Source: Marsupella aquatica (Eukaryota; Plantae; Marchantiophyta). From it: DNA of 64,000 nucleotides. Within the stretch, counting starts at the first letter, position 1; the number at the start of each line of letters is the position of its first letter. Shown piece after piece: positions 13,201 through 26,950 of this stretch. The notes beneath the pieces are model-generated. The model searched no databases and was not told the DNA's origin. It saw only the letters and a list, made by a program, of their open reading frames with translations. The DNA is taken from the NCBI GenBank assembly GCA_973895155.1, contig OZ316896.1, positions 5,275,925-5,339,924 of the forward strand, written 5' to 3'. The translations under genes were made by a program, and so were the position numbers.

Positions 13201-14760
13201 TCAGTACTTATTTAAAATGCAATTTGTCGGTTTCACGTTACATCGGTTCCAAAGCTCGAAATTCTGCAATACAAAAACCGAAAGTCCTCGTAGCCAAACA
13301 GAGGATGGTCAAATGTCAAAAGCAAGGTGGGAGGCAACTTGCGGGATTGGTATTCCTCACGTACAGCCAAGTTGTTGTGCTGGCCAGCTGGCTTGCATTT
13401 CACCTTGCCATTTCTTGCCAACACCCTAAGGCAGCGTGTCTACGTACAGTAGTAGCCTAGTGTGCTTGAAACGAATTCTAGGCGAAGCCCATCTCTCTAC
13501 TTCTACTCTCGAGACACGACTACAGTAGATGGACATCTTTTCTACAGCACAAGGCCCAATCTGCGCGGCCCGGATGAGAGAGAGAGGGAGATGAGTATTT
13601 TCTCTTCCCGGAATCCCATCGAGCCCCATGTGTAGCGGCCAGCATCAGAGCGACTTTGTCCCAAAGGGGCCTGGCCGGGGGCCTGGCAACCGCCCTCCAT
13701 CAGCTGCTGGGCTGCGGTGCAATGCTGGACGTCGTCTTTCGTGAGGGGACTTCTGACTGAAAGCAAGGCTTGCTTGCTTGCATGATTGATTGATTGATTG
13801 CCTGGCGTGCACCGCACTGACTGAGCTTCCCACAGTAGTTGCATTGGGTTCTGTGCGTGCAAGCAGCAGCATCAGCAGCTGCTGCTGTGCAATTGCTTTT
13901 CTTTCAGCTACTATACAGTACCCGGATCGATTCATGATTCTACTTTCGTCTCTTCTCTTTACCGAAAGGCACAAAGAACTCACCGAGGTCAAAAGGTACA
14001 AGCACACTGTACATCCGCAAACACAACTCCATGGATGATCCTGGAGAGTTGCTGACAATGTTGACTATCCGCATTAGCCACAGAGATAATTGAGCTGGTT
14101 CAGTGGTAACTGGTGTTTTTCTGAACGCACTAACCTCTTTCTAGGAAGCTTTCATAGTTTCATCTGATCTGATAGTAGTGTCGATCTATTAAATTATGGG
14201 ATACAGGAGATTCAAATTGGAAAGATGGACGACCGGACAGAGTGCTCCAGTGTACCACATTTTGGTGGGGCATGGGAGTAAGTTGGACATAAAATGATTT
14301 TTACTTTTGCTCCTATAAGGCAACTAGAGAAGGAGATAAATATTTCTAAATCACACAAGCCCAAATTATTTCATACTAACACAATGGAAATGAATGTACT
14401 GAAATGAACCCCTCCTCATTTTGCAAAGTAACTCAACCAAAATGGGCAAAAATTCACTGTCACTTTGATTGAAGTGTAGCTTACCGACTTCCCTAGCTCC
14501 CCAAAACTATTCAAAAAATTGAATCTATGAATATCAAGTTATTGCAACTAAACTCAAATTTTAGAATATGTGGTCCATGGGGGTTTCAAAGACCACCTTG
14601 AAGTCCATAATTCTTCACATTGTTTACTAGTTCTTTTTGTCAATTAGATATTTTGTTCAAAGAGAATTTTCCAGATATATGGAACCTGTTCAAAATCCAA
14701 ATAGTCTGGATGTACTCAACATTACCTTGATATGTCAACCAATTGTAGACATCTTGAAAA

Positions 14761-15181
14761 TGTTGAGCATAGACGACGATCGCAACGGCAAGCCCATGAA
14801 CCATCCAACGCATAATAGTCGACACAAGAGATACGTGGTTCACCTCCTTGAGGCTACGTCCACGGGAACACACAAGAGAGCTTTACTGAACTCTAAGCCC
14901 GTCGGCTATACCGAGTCTCCACAGTGTAAGCTCTCCCTATCTCTCAAGTGGCTCCATAACAATGAGCCTTGGTTCTACCTCTCCAAGCACACATGCCTCT
15001 TATGATATAGTGTGCAACTTAGTTGTACCTAACCACATAGTTGTACCTAATCACGTAGTTGTACCTAACCACATAGTTGTATCTAATCACGTAGTTGTAC
15101 CTAACCACGTAGTTGTACCAACCCACGTTGTTATACCAACCACGTCATACCTAACCTAGACGTAAGAGTAAATACCCAACA
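14761..15181 (-). repeat. 3' LTR of the copia element (421 bp)
   Basis: tgttgagcat...tacccaaca, near-identical to 20835-21209. Contains an array of 18-bp tagttgtacctaa(c/t)cac(a/g) units. Confidence 0.97.
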
Positions 15182-15197
15182 ATCTTCCCCTTGACTC
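15182..15197 (-). other. Polypurine tract
   Basis: Minus-strand GAGTCAAGGGGAAGAT immediately before the 3' LTR. Confidence 0.85.
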
Positions 15198-15371
15198 TGG
15201 TCTAGGGGAGAGTAATACTGCCAATGTATATGATCCCTCAGCGGGAAGTTCTAGACAAAAACCAAACCGGTTTCCCTCTCTAACTAGAACAAACCAGAAC
15301 TAAGCCGTAGCCTAATACATAGGAATGAGGAAGAGCATATATCAGTAATTACAATGAATGTTAAGAAAACT

Positions 15372-18300
15372 CTACTTGTGATGCAATTGCAAAACCTGCA
15401 ATACGTCACGGTGTCTAGAGAAACTCTCCAAAGGAATCACTTTGGTAAATGCGTCAGCCGGGTTGAGTTTACCATCAATCTTGACTAGCTCAAACAAATT
15501 ATCAGACACAGCCTGCCTGATAAAATGGTACCTGACGCCAATGTGCTTCACTCTACTGTCCATCACCTGGTTCACAGCAAGGTGGAGCACACTTTGACTA
15601 TCACAATGGAGCTTCACATTCCCCTGTGGTAATCCCATTTCAGTGATAAGTCTATCCAACCAAATCGCTTCCTTTGCTGCTTCCGCAACTGCAACATACT
15701 TCGCTTCTGTAGTAGACTGAGCAATACACTTCTGCAAAGTAGACTTCCAACTTATGCATCCACCGCCAAGTGTGAACACATATCCTGTTGTTGATCTCCT
15801 TCGGTCCAAATCTTGTCCATAGTCAGAATCAACATAGCCAATCAATGATTTAGCATTCTTTGCATTTGCATCAAATAAAAGACCATGATCCACGGTACCC
15901 TTCAAGTACCTGATAATCCACTTCACTGCTTCCCAGTGTACCTTCCCTGGATTCGACATGTACCTGCTCACCTTGCCCATAGCCATAGCAAGATCAGGTC
16001 TAGTGCAAGTCATCAAATACATGAGACTCCCCACTGCCTTGTCATACGGAACCTTTGACATCAACCCCTTCTCTGTGTCATCCGTAGGACAGAACGCTGA
16101 TGATAACTTGAAGTGTGGAGCCAACAGGGTACTTACTGGCTTGCTATTCCCCATGTTGAACCTTGTAATTACCTTCCTCGCATGACTGCTCTGCGTCAAC
16201 CATAGCTTGCCAGCCTCCAAGTCCCTAGTGATCTCCATACCCAAAATCCTCTTAGCTGGCCCTAAGTCCTTCATCTTAAACTCTGCACTAAGCAGTGCCT
16301 TGAGCTTAACAATCTCAGACCTATCCTTGGCTGCAATTAGCATATCATCCACATAAAGTACTAAAATAATGAACCCAAAAACAACATTCTTTACCGGATT
16401 CAAATACACACAAGGGTCAAATACACTTCTATGAAAACCTTGTGACTGAATCCAATCGTCAAACCGCTTGTTCCACTGTCTTGATGACTGCTTCAACCCA
16501 TACAAGGATTTCAGCAATTTGCAAACCAATTCCTCCTGTCCTCTCTTCACAAAACCTAGCGGTTGTCTCATGAAGATCACCTCTTCCAATGTGCCATAGA
16601 GGAAAGCTGTGACAACATCCATCTGATCTAGCAGCAGACCAAACATTACAAGTACACACAATAGTCATATTGTAGAGTACTTAGCAACTGGTGAGAAGAC
16701 CTCATTGTAATCCACACCTTTCTCTTGTGTGAATCCCTTTGCTACCAACCTAGCCTTGTAGACCTTCGATCCACCTCCTATGGAATTATACTTCAGCTTG
16801 TAAATCCACTTGTTGTCCACCACTTGCTGACCCTTAGGCAGCTTAACAAGCTCCCAAGTTTTGTTGTCCTTTAGTGACTGCATCTCCGTTTGCATTGCTG
16901 CAGTCCACTTCTGCTTCTCCTTTGAAGCACTTGCCTCATGAAATGAAGAAGGTTCCCCTTCTTCCAAAATTAACGCATCACCCTCATCATCAGCTGTAAA
17001 ATCATCCTCTTGCAGTTGAGATGAATCAACCCACTGTCCATACATTGGTGGAGCGCATACAGTGCGACCAGATGTTCTTCTAGCCGATGACTTCGGTTGA
17101 TCTGTATGTGCTGGTACAATTTGAATCTCAACAGCATCCACTTGCTGCTCACCAGCATCAACAAACTCCTCTGGTTCCTCTGGCACAGGAACCAGCTCCA
17201 TAATTGGAGCAACTTCTTCTCTCCGGTCATGCACCTCATAACCAATCTCCCCCTCAACGAGATCCGGGATAGGAGATTTTCCTTTGTCAGTACGGGAGAC
17301 CTGAGTATTCTCCCCCTCCTTCAATAATTTGGATTCATTGAAGGAAACATCCCTACTGACAACGAGCTTACAGGCAATAGGATCCCATAGCCTATAGGCT
17401 TTCACACCACTCTGGTACCCAAGAAAAATATATTTCTTGGAGGTAGGATCCAACTTGGTCCTATTCTGCTTCGGTGTGAGAGCATATGCATCACTTCCAA
17501 AAACTACCAAGCCATGATAGTCTGCTTGCCGCTTATAGCGCATCTCAAACGGCGTTTTGAAATTGATAGCACTAGAAGGAGAAAGATTTACCAAATAAGC
17601 TGCGGTATTGACAGCTTCTGCCCAAAATTCTTATGGTAAACCTGATTGGCTCAACATACTCCGTGACCGCTCCAACAGTGTCCGATTGAGCCTCTCAGCG
17701 ACACCATTCTACTGCGGAGTATAAATTGTGGTGAGATGGCGAGTTATCCCCTGTTCTGAACAGTACTCTTCAAATTCCATTGAAGTGTACTCCCCGCCGT
17801 TGTCTGACCGCAGACTCTTCACCCTTGTATCCAAACACTTGATCGTGTTTCCAGTCTGATTCTCCACCTGGGCCTTCCACTTCTTAAAAATGGACAAGAC
17901 ATCAGACTTATGCGTCATGAAATAAATCCACACAAATCTTGAGTAATCATCAATAAATGATACATAGTACAACTTTCCAGAGTGTGAGGGAGTCGGGGAT
18001 GGACCCCACACGTCACTATATATATACTCAAGAACCGCTTTGGAACGATGAGTTCCAACACCAAAAGCACGACGATGCTGCTTTCCAAGAATGCGATGCT
18101 CACAAAACTCTAATTTACAAGATTGCAAATTAGAAATGAGTCCATTCTTCCGTAAGATAGCCAAACCCTTCTCACTCATGTGGCCTAGCCGTGAATGCCA
18201 TAGTTGAGTCATCTCCTCGTGAGACTTGGTTACATTGGCCTCTCCACATACAGTATTGCCCTGTAACATATACAAATTCTTTTGTCTACTCCCCTTCAAA

Positions 18301-19682
18301 ATCATTGTCTCTCCCGACCTGACTTGAAGTTCACCATCAATAACGCTCCATTGATGACCATTTAAATCCAACACACCGAGTGAAATCAGATTCTTACGCA
18401 TGCCAGGTACATATCTGACTCCGGACACTGTGCGCACAGCGCCATCAAACATTTGAATCTTCACAGACCCAATTCCCTCAATTTGACAAGAGTGATCATT
18501 TCCCATCAGAACTGAACCGTTTGAAACAGAGTAAGAACTGAAAAACTCACGAATGTAACAAATATGAAAAGAGCAAGCACAATCAAGAATCCACACATCA
18601 TCTGCTCTCCTAGATGACGTGCACAGGGCATACCCCCGGCTTCATAAAACATACTCATCATTGAGTAAATCAACTTCTCCATCAGCCCTAGCCACATTTG
18701 CCGATGAAGTTTCCGCTGCCTTTCCCTTACAGTCTCGCTTGAAGTGTCCAACTTGGTTGCACTTCCAACATGTCACCTGCCTCCTCTGAGGGGATTTTCC
18801 CTTGGACTTAGATCTGGATTTAGATCTAAACTGGGTTCTACGGTCCCCAGTTGGTCGCTGCATACTCCTCCCACTGTTAACATTGAGGGCAGCAATAGAT
18901 GATGAAGGCTGTGACGTGATGTGCATCTTCTGCTGAAGATCATCACTAAGCAGAGAACTTACCACGTCATTGTATGAAATGGTATCCCTATCACGATGCA
19001 ACAACACTCGTGATAGGGACTGGTAAGATGGAGGCAATGAACTAAGAAGCTGTAGAGCCTTCGTCTCATCATTCAAAGTCTCCCCAAGGTTTTCCAAGTC
19101 AACGACCATGTCGTTGAAAGCATCCACATGGTCTTGCAACTTCGTACCGGATTCCTTCATCCTGAAACTCATCAGTTTGTAGGAAATGTAGAGCCCGTTC
19201 GATAACTCCTTGCAGTGATACTTGCTCTGCAATTCCGCAAACAAGGACATGCAATCCTTATGTGCACCCAACTGCTTGATGATGGGAGGCATGAGATAGA
19301 GTGTAACACACCACACTCCCTGCTCCTGCATGCGGTCCCATTGTTTCTCATCAACATCGTCTTCACGAGGGCTCAGCAGTTGGCCCATCCCTGACGCATA
19401 GAGCACTCCCTTCACCTGCTTCTCCCATAGCAAGTAGTCAGAGCGCCCATCATACTTTGTCACTTCATACTTGGGTCCCCCAAGCTTGAAAGTTCCCATC
19501 TTCTTCTTTGGCACTACCGTGAGCTCCGGTAGTAGTACTGCTTCCTCCACCACACGCCGCACCGGTGATGGTATCGGTGTCACGTGCTCTTCCTCCTGCT
19601 CCTCTCTCTGCTCCTGAAACCTCCGCGGTGATCCTCGTGCTTCAAGTTCCACGTCTTCGAAAAACTCCTCCGAATCACTCAT
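15372..19682 (-). pseudogene. Copia gag-pol, single reading frame with 4 in-frame stops
   Basis: Gag zinc knuckle CWKCNQVGHFKRDC; protease WILDCACSFH; integrase WHSRLGH, SDVWGP and LRSDNGGEY; RT YKARLVAKG and LYVDDML; RNaseH GYVDSDY and ADAFTK. The four ORF-track pieces are all in frame. Stops at 18644-18642 (TGA), 17711-17709 (TAG), 17633-17631 (TAA) and 16667-16665 (TGA). Confidence 0.95.
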
Positions 19683-20820
19683 ATGAGAAAATCACAAAAA
19701 ATGTTGTTTTTCACAACTTCTCAAAAAACTCGAAACTCAACACCGCCGCGTAGCCACAAAGCTAGGAGTCCAATACTGAAAACCGAAATCAAAATCGAAA
19801 TTTGACGGAAAAGTTATTCAAATTTCAGTCGAGGTGGGTAAAACCTTGGGAAATTCCCCCGTTTTGACCACCTCAGGGAATAATCGAAATACCAAGTACA
19901 ACCCGTTATCGGAATTGCGATGTGATTGGTGCGCCGCGTTGCCAACTTCAATGGCTACGACCTCGCCGAAAAATAACCAAAAAAGTTACCATTCGGTGAA
20001 TGAAATCTTTGTCGGACGGTCAAAAAATAGCTATCTGGTTTTTTGGAATATTCTATGAGCCTTGTACAGGCCCTGTGGGAATTTTGGAAGAACAATCGAT
20101 GGGCTGACATGTGTCCTCGAACCCCCAAAACCCCCTACCACCCTTCGTCGTCGAAATCTGGTCGCGCGCGCAGAAAATACACACGGCAGAATGTACCCCT
20201 CGACACCAAACGCAAGATATCTCACTCGGGTTTTGACGAAATCAAGATCTGATTTCAGATTTGGAAACTAGACTCCGAGGCGGTGAAGATCGATATAAGA
20301 AGCACCCAAAACGAGGAAAGAACGAGGGAGAAAAAAATTGGTAAAGATGACAGATTTCTCTCAATTGCCATAGCCAATTTCGAATCAGTTTTTCAAAGAG
20401 AAAAAAATGGTACCTTGTCAACAACGAATGTTGATCAATTGCACTTGGTGCCGTCACCAAGTCCAACAAGGTAATTGATTTTGCTTAGCCTTCCTCTTTG
20501 CATCAAAGAGCCAATCCCGGACTCAAAACAATTGTCTTGCCTCAATCTCTCCGTTGAGTCAAAACACTTGACGCTTCTCCCTCCGAGTCGATTGCCAACT
20601 TTCTTCACAAAATCCAGAATGACGAAAACTTAGATCTCTTTGCACCACGAGCTCCGTTCAGCGATTTCTTCACACCGTTAGAAAGCTCTTGCCCTGATCT
20701 ATCCGTTGAGCCCATAAACTCCAAGTTCCATGCGACGGAACTCTGGGAAATCCACCGACACTCAACGTTGGAAAAACCGTCATGAAATCCCGTCACGAAC
20801 ACACGTCACCTCCCAAGCAT

Positions 20821-20832
20821 GCTCTGATACCA
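20821..20832 (-). other. Primer binding site (tRNA-iMet)
   Basis: Minus-strand TGGTATCAGAGC, 2 nt downstream of the 5' LTR. Confidence 0.95.
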
Positions 20833-20834
20833 AT

Positions 20835-21209
20835 TGTTGAGCATAGACGACGATCGCAACGGCAAGCCCATGAACCATCCAACGCACAATAGTCGACACA
20901 AGAGATACGTGATTCACCTCCTTGAGGCTACGTCCACGGGAACACACAAGAGAGCTTTACTGAACTCTAAGCCCGTCGGCTATACCGAGTCTCCACAGTG
21001 TAAGCTCTCCCTATCTCTCAAGTGGCTCCATAACAATGAGCCTTGGTTCTACCTCTCCAAGCACACATGCCTCTTATGATATAGTGTGCAACTTAGTTGT
21101 ACCTAACCACATAGTTGTACCTAATCACGTAGTTGTACCTAACCATGTAGTTGTACCAACCCACGTTGTTGGTCATACCTAACCTAGATGTAAGAGTAAA
21201 TACCCAACA
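20835..21209 (-). repeat. 5' LTR of the copia element (375 bp)
   Basis: Matches 14761-15181 apart from a few transitions, two missing 18-bp units and a 10-bp shorter segment. Confidence 0.97.
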
Positions 21210-23302
21210 GAAAAGTAGTGACTATGGTTGTGCTTAACTTGAACGGATGGTCAGATTGACAATGAATGGCAAGATATGAGAGTACTAAAGTCAATCTGTG
21301 GAGAAGCCTGTCAATGCTTTGACACTGAGATATGAAACAAAAGCCCGGATATATGGACCGAGACATTGTCCCTGCCCATCCCCATGGACTGCATAAAGCT
21401 AGGGATAGTCGCTTTTACACCAAAAATAGGAACTGGTTGCGGATTGCAGTTGACAACTTTCACTACCTTGGGGAGAAAGTAGTCAAGACGTCATGGTGAT
21501 CCTGAGTAATTAACAACATAGATTCAAGATAATCAAGTTGTCAAATTATCGAAAAAATCGGTTAGATAATGTAATTGAAACTGGCTGCAAACAGTAAGGA
21601 AACCATTTGCAGTTCACATTTCAATCAATTGTAAATATTATTAGCTGAGTCAGTTTATTAAATGTTCTGAGCAATTCCTTTACTAGTCCATCTATTCGTA
21701 AGAGCTAGACAAAGTGGAGGTCCATCTGGCAGGCCTTGGTTTTTTGAGATATGTGATCGAGTTGGAATTCTTTTTCAAACCCTTTCATGTATTTCATATT
21801 CCTAACAAAATGCCTTTCCACAAAAATTGCTTTCATTAAAGACCTAGTGCTTGCAAATGTGGCCAAGTAACCTTCCTGTTAGTTTCTTGATCATTACTCT
21901 TAGTTACTCCACCTGTAAACTTTGCTTTGAACACTCCTAGATATATATGGATGAAGTACATTATTTAGAAAGTGCTCTAAATTTCAAAAGCTATCGTTCA
22001 ATGCATTTTTGCATGGAACCTTCCCTTTCTTGGAAACTTCAGTTTTTCAAACAAGGTTAATTAATATGTAAAGGACATGACAGTAGGGCTGAGTTTTAGG
22101 GTGGCTTTACAAAAACTTGGGGGCAACATGCACTCCTTTTTTTCCATGTGTGAGATGCAATCCTAGCCATCATATGTGGGAACGGCCACATGTCACTTTA
22201 CATGAACTTGGGAGCAGAATCAAGCAAAACTATTGTCCAACCTAGTCATCTGTCAGTGGGCCCCTTGTGAGCCCCTTTTTCTGGTGATGTGTGCATGCTT
22301 TTAAAATTGACCTACTATTGAAGTGGTCTAAGCCACTAGAGCAAACTTTTTCAGCAAATTGCATTCATTATTTCCAGCCTGACACATTTTGGCTAAGACA
22401 TTCTAAATTTTGTAAGGAAGTAGCCATCATGCAGCTTTGCTTTTGGACGGAGAGACTATGCATGGCCCCCACCGTCCTTGGGGGTTTCACTTCAATCCAC
22501 AAAAATAGCAACAAGAATAAGGTTGTTTTATTGGTTCTAAACATAAATTTTAGAATTTTCTTAAAACAACAATAGAGCTCTTTAAATCCAATTATGAGAC
22601 TTAAAAGTCCATAAGTGACAATATAATTATTTCTGGATATTCCAAGATTTGATATTTTAACTTTATAGGGGTCAAAAAATGAATAGGGGTCTGAGGCCTA
22701 AAAAAGTAGCATGTGATAGGGATGTCTCCATATAGTGAGACCTCGGAGCCACCACCAAGCAAATCCCTCTCTGTACCGCCTATATACGTGGTTTACTCTA
22801 GAGCTATACCAAATCTTTCTGCTTAGTGGGGCTTTTGTTATTTGTTTCTTGGATCTTTTGCAGTCTTCGCTCAAGTTTTTTGGGTTTTGGGGGACCTTTT
22901 CCCTTGTTTTCTCCCTAGTCTCTTGTGGTGGGGAAATATATATATAAAGAGCACCCAACCTGGAGACAAATCCCGGTCGGGCTTTTGAGGGTATTCTGTC
23001 TCTTGTCTTTGGTATTCTGTCTCCTGGTTTGGCGCATTTTGTTCTCACCATTGTGATGTGTAAAAATAGTGTGAAACTGGTCAGGGGCCTTCTGTGCTTG
23101 GCGCTGTGATATATAAAAATAGTGTGAAACTAAGGAAAGTCGCTTGTCTGAATTAATGGCGATGGAACGGTCTGACCTGATACTCTGGTCCCTAGCGTCA
23201 ACTCGAAGATCATTCCGTGTTAGTACACCGCCAGTACTACAAATCTGAAGATGCACAGCAGCTACGGTACTGTAATGTGCTTCTGCACTGGAAGAGTCGA
23301 CC

Positions 23303-23344
23303 TGGGATGGGATGGGATGGGATGGGATGGGATGGGATTGGATG
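23303..23344. repeat. (TGGGA)n microsatellite
   Basis: Seven perfect TGGGA units plus a degenerate one. Confidence 0.95.
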
Positions 23345-23565
23345 TTAGTCATAATACAGTGGACACCAGGTTCAGTGGCTTTCTTCCAGATTGATGGCAG
23401 TAATGATTAGACATGATAAAAAGACAGACACGGTCGTCTAGCTTAGCGGCTAAATGATCGATCGACTCAGTACCGTATCAACTGCTTTCAATTACACAAC
23501 GTACGCTAGCGTTCAAGCTTGTCGAGGGTCCACCCCCTCCCCTACCATTTCATTCCCATTCCGTT

Positions 23566-23591
23566 CAGTCCAGTCCAGTCCAGTCCAGTCC
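23566..23591. repeat. (CAGTC)n microsatellite
   Basis: Five CAGTC units. Confidence 0.9.
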
Positions 23592-25899
23592 CTGAATTGA
23601 TGAACAACCAGAGATGATGGGAACTGAACGGACCACTGTCTGAGAAGGGTAGCTTTTAATTTTGAAGACTGTGGGTCGATCGATCGCAGACTAGAGTAGG
23701 ATGAGGCTAGCTAGCCAGGCTAGGAGGGGACCACAATGTCCATCAATATGTTACGAAGTACTTGCTGTAGAGCTAGCCATCATGGCGGCTAGGAGATTAC
23801 CGTAGACAGAAAGTAAGTAGTTAGATTATGAGAGTTCAAAACATGCTCAGCTCTTGAAGAGCTGAAGACGATGTCTAGTAAGAGAATGTTGAAGTACCTA
23901 GACGTCCACCTCACATATATGTGCCTCGCGGCAATCTCGGTTCCGTTTGACTACAAGGGGAGGAGATCCGGGAAGAAGTTAGTGCAGGATCAGTTGGGGA
24001 AAGCACAAAAGGTCGCAGTACGTTGAATTGCTGACAGATCTGTTCTAGAATTCTCATGGAAGAGTCATTTATTGATGAGGAAAGCGCAAACTCTGCAACA
24101 TTTGTCCCTCCCAAAGCGACCTCACAACGCTAGCTATGGATCATGGATCCTGCGAAGAGAAAGGACAGCATGATCATGCACCAGGACCTCGACCACCAGG
24201 ACAAGAACCTGGTAACGAGGACATAGATCAGTTAAACAATTCGTATCCTACGGTAGGTCTAGTGTACCACATGGTCGATGACAGGAAAATTCTTGGTTTT
24301 GACGGGGGTTTTGAGCTGCCATTTGGCACCTCGCACGCAGAACGCAGTTTTGCCAAAAGCCTTCTCGATCAATATCTCGACAACACAAGTCGTCCATATT
24401 CAAATGAACGACCGGATTAGGAGATTCTGACAGTACTGTCGTTTTCTAGATATACACGGTGTGTAAATCTTGAGTTGTTGCCGGGCTTAGCGTATTCCTG
24501 AAGATTGTACAAAATTCTCTCATAATTCCATGGCTGACAAAACGGGGATTGCAGATCGATCCTGCCTTCAAATCAATCCAGCAGTGCACTCCAAAGTGCA
24601 ATTAACTTCGCTCTCTCCCCTAGCCATGATCCTGCTAGTTTTAAGCAAGCCAAGCCAAGAACAAGACCGATTGAAACGTGATGAGGTGTTCGAAGCAAGT
24701 ACAAGAAATGATCCTTCCGAGAGAAGACTTTGTCGAGTTAGGTGTACGTAAGCAGTCTATAATTATACGCTGGACAGAAGAGCAGATAAAGGCAGTCTGA
24801 TGTGAGAAGTAGGGCGGGACGGTCCAGCCAACGGTCAGCGTGCATGCATCAGCTGGTCTGCCTGCTGCCTGCACGGAATGGCCTAATCGAGTGAGGGCTC
24901 TTTTGTGTCTAGTGTTCACGAGACACCCACTGTGGCACGCCAGACTGCTGCAGGGAATCGATAATTGACTTGATAGTCTGTTGATGTCCTTAACTCTTGA
25001 AATCCCCTGGGGTGGAACCATGAACAACGAAGATGTGGACTACAAACAAAGGAAGCGCCATTTTCCAAGGCAACCCTACTTAGCTAGGCAGCCCCTTGCG
25101 GTAAACAGCCACTGACCGACTCCAGTCTTGGAAGAATTCATATTCTACTGTTTAACTAACTGTTCTAGTATGCACTTGCATAGGGGAACAGACCGCGGAG
25201 TGTAGACTGATCCACATCTTCGGATTGGATTATTGTGGATTGTCTATACGCTCCCCATCGGGAGACAGCTTTGCGGTATCTTCGATTCTTGTCGTTTGAC
25301 TTGGGGAAATTTCCACTCCCGGTCCTGTGAATGAATGATGGAAGAGAGGCGGAGAGAACAAAAACTCTCGATTCATTATGAATGCGATCATCATTACTGG
25401 ACTTCCCCAGACTGAGGCAAAGAAAAGGAAAACTCTCATTGCATGCATGCTGTTCCCGTTTGAACCAGACAAAAAGGAGGCACCATATCCGAGGAGGAAA
25501 GAAGGGAGGGGGCGCTTCAAGGTGGAAAGGCAAGGATAGGAAAGGAGAAAGGAAAGCATCTGTTAACGGAAAGAAAAGATGATTGTCAGTTTTTATCTAA
25601 CTCAAGTAGCAAAGTGAGTGGATTGAAAGTCAGAATCGAGTCAGGTAAATGGATTCCGTATGTACTTGCACAATCAATACTTTGCTGTACGCAAAACACT
25701 CATGTGAATGGTGTACTGAACTCCCACAATCAGTACTGTTCGCGCGATGAGTCTCATCAAAAGGTCGAGGTTATTGTTGCCCATGCGAACTTTTTCCGAA
25801 ACTTATAACTAAAGCTCGAATAAGATTTTGTGAGAATTGGGAAACTCCCCTCAACCACGTGTTGGCAAACCACATGACTGCTAAGTTAAACCACGATTG

Positions 25900-26950
25900 C
25901 AAGTTCTGCCAGGATTGGTGACTGCCCTGAACCCGGTATCATCCTCATCTGCATCCAAGCCAAAGGAGTTCACGGGAAATAAACAAAGAAAATTCTCAGC
26001 TACAACATGTCTTTGCTTAAGAAATTGAAGCAAGTTATCAACAGGAACGATAGAAGAGGATTGATTTTCTTCTAATTACTAAGAGCTGGTAGAATGCTGA
26101 ATGAGGTGAAATTAGTAGACACCACATTTGGCCCAAAAAGCTGCAAGTGTAGGGGATCCAAATTGTGTGGGGAATCTAGAATGGCTAATTCTGTTCCAAG
26201 CATACATTTCTTTGTGGATCTAGGTGCCTCAGTAAATTGTTTAACCTGAAAACAAATGTGGCCAGGTTTGAATCCATTCCCACATGGCTAAGTAGCAATC
26301 GCTGAGTATTGTAATCGTGAAATTTTCAAGCAAAACAATGTCTGAGGTACTCGTACTTAATTTGTCGAAAATGGTTGTCCAGGAGTGTTCCTCTAATGCG
26401 GGAGTATGGGCTTGAGATGCTTCGCATCTTTTATTCTGCTTCGATGATAAGGGTGATTCAGAGTGAGAAATGGGCTAAAGTCACGATTGTCTTACAATCT
26501 CTGACACCAATTTTGTGTGACGATATCTTCTACACGGCAACAAATATAAGATCTGGCACAAAACCCAATGACTGTATACGTCAATGTATCCTTGCCACGA
26601 CACATGTAAGAAAACATAGAAGTCTAAGTAAGATGGCTGCTCTGATTGTTGGCAACATCAGTACCTGGTCTTCTTGGATCTGAACAGAGTTTTGGATACC
26701 TTTCTTAGGAGTGTTAACTTGGACGAGAAATTTGCCAGGAAGGGCGAAACATCTAATGTTCCACGATGTTCAGCCTCATTTAGTCACTGTACTTCAAATC
26801 TTTGGTGGATTCAACTCCGAATCAAATTTTGGGGATCGTGGAGGTTTTCCTTACAGCCCCAAGACCTTGAATTGACCTAACCAAAGCGTCCGTGTGAAGT
26901 AGGTTTCGGGAGACTCGTTGGAACATCCAATCTTCGAGGGCATAATCTCA
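25900..26950 (+). mobile_element. Possible heavily degraded LINE ORF2 3' remnant
   Basis: Broken frames give a CPGC...SHLLFC-like zinc-knuckle remnant near 26375-26450 and ALIVGNISTWSSWI, similar to LINE C-terminal regions. No RT core motif seen. Confidence 0.25.

Larger units (their letters stand above)
14761..21209 (-). mobile_element. Full-length Ty1/copia LTR retrotransposon (6449 bp)
   Basis: Two TG...CA LTRs, a 5-bp TSD GAAAA (14756-14760 and 21210-21214), PBS, PPT, and gag-PR-IN-RT-RNaseH domain order. Confidence 0.98.

Noticed and set aside
14637-15159. ORFs of 122 aa and (VVPNH)n 65 aa
   Set aside because: Incidental translations of the LTR and its 18-bp repeat.
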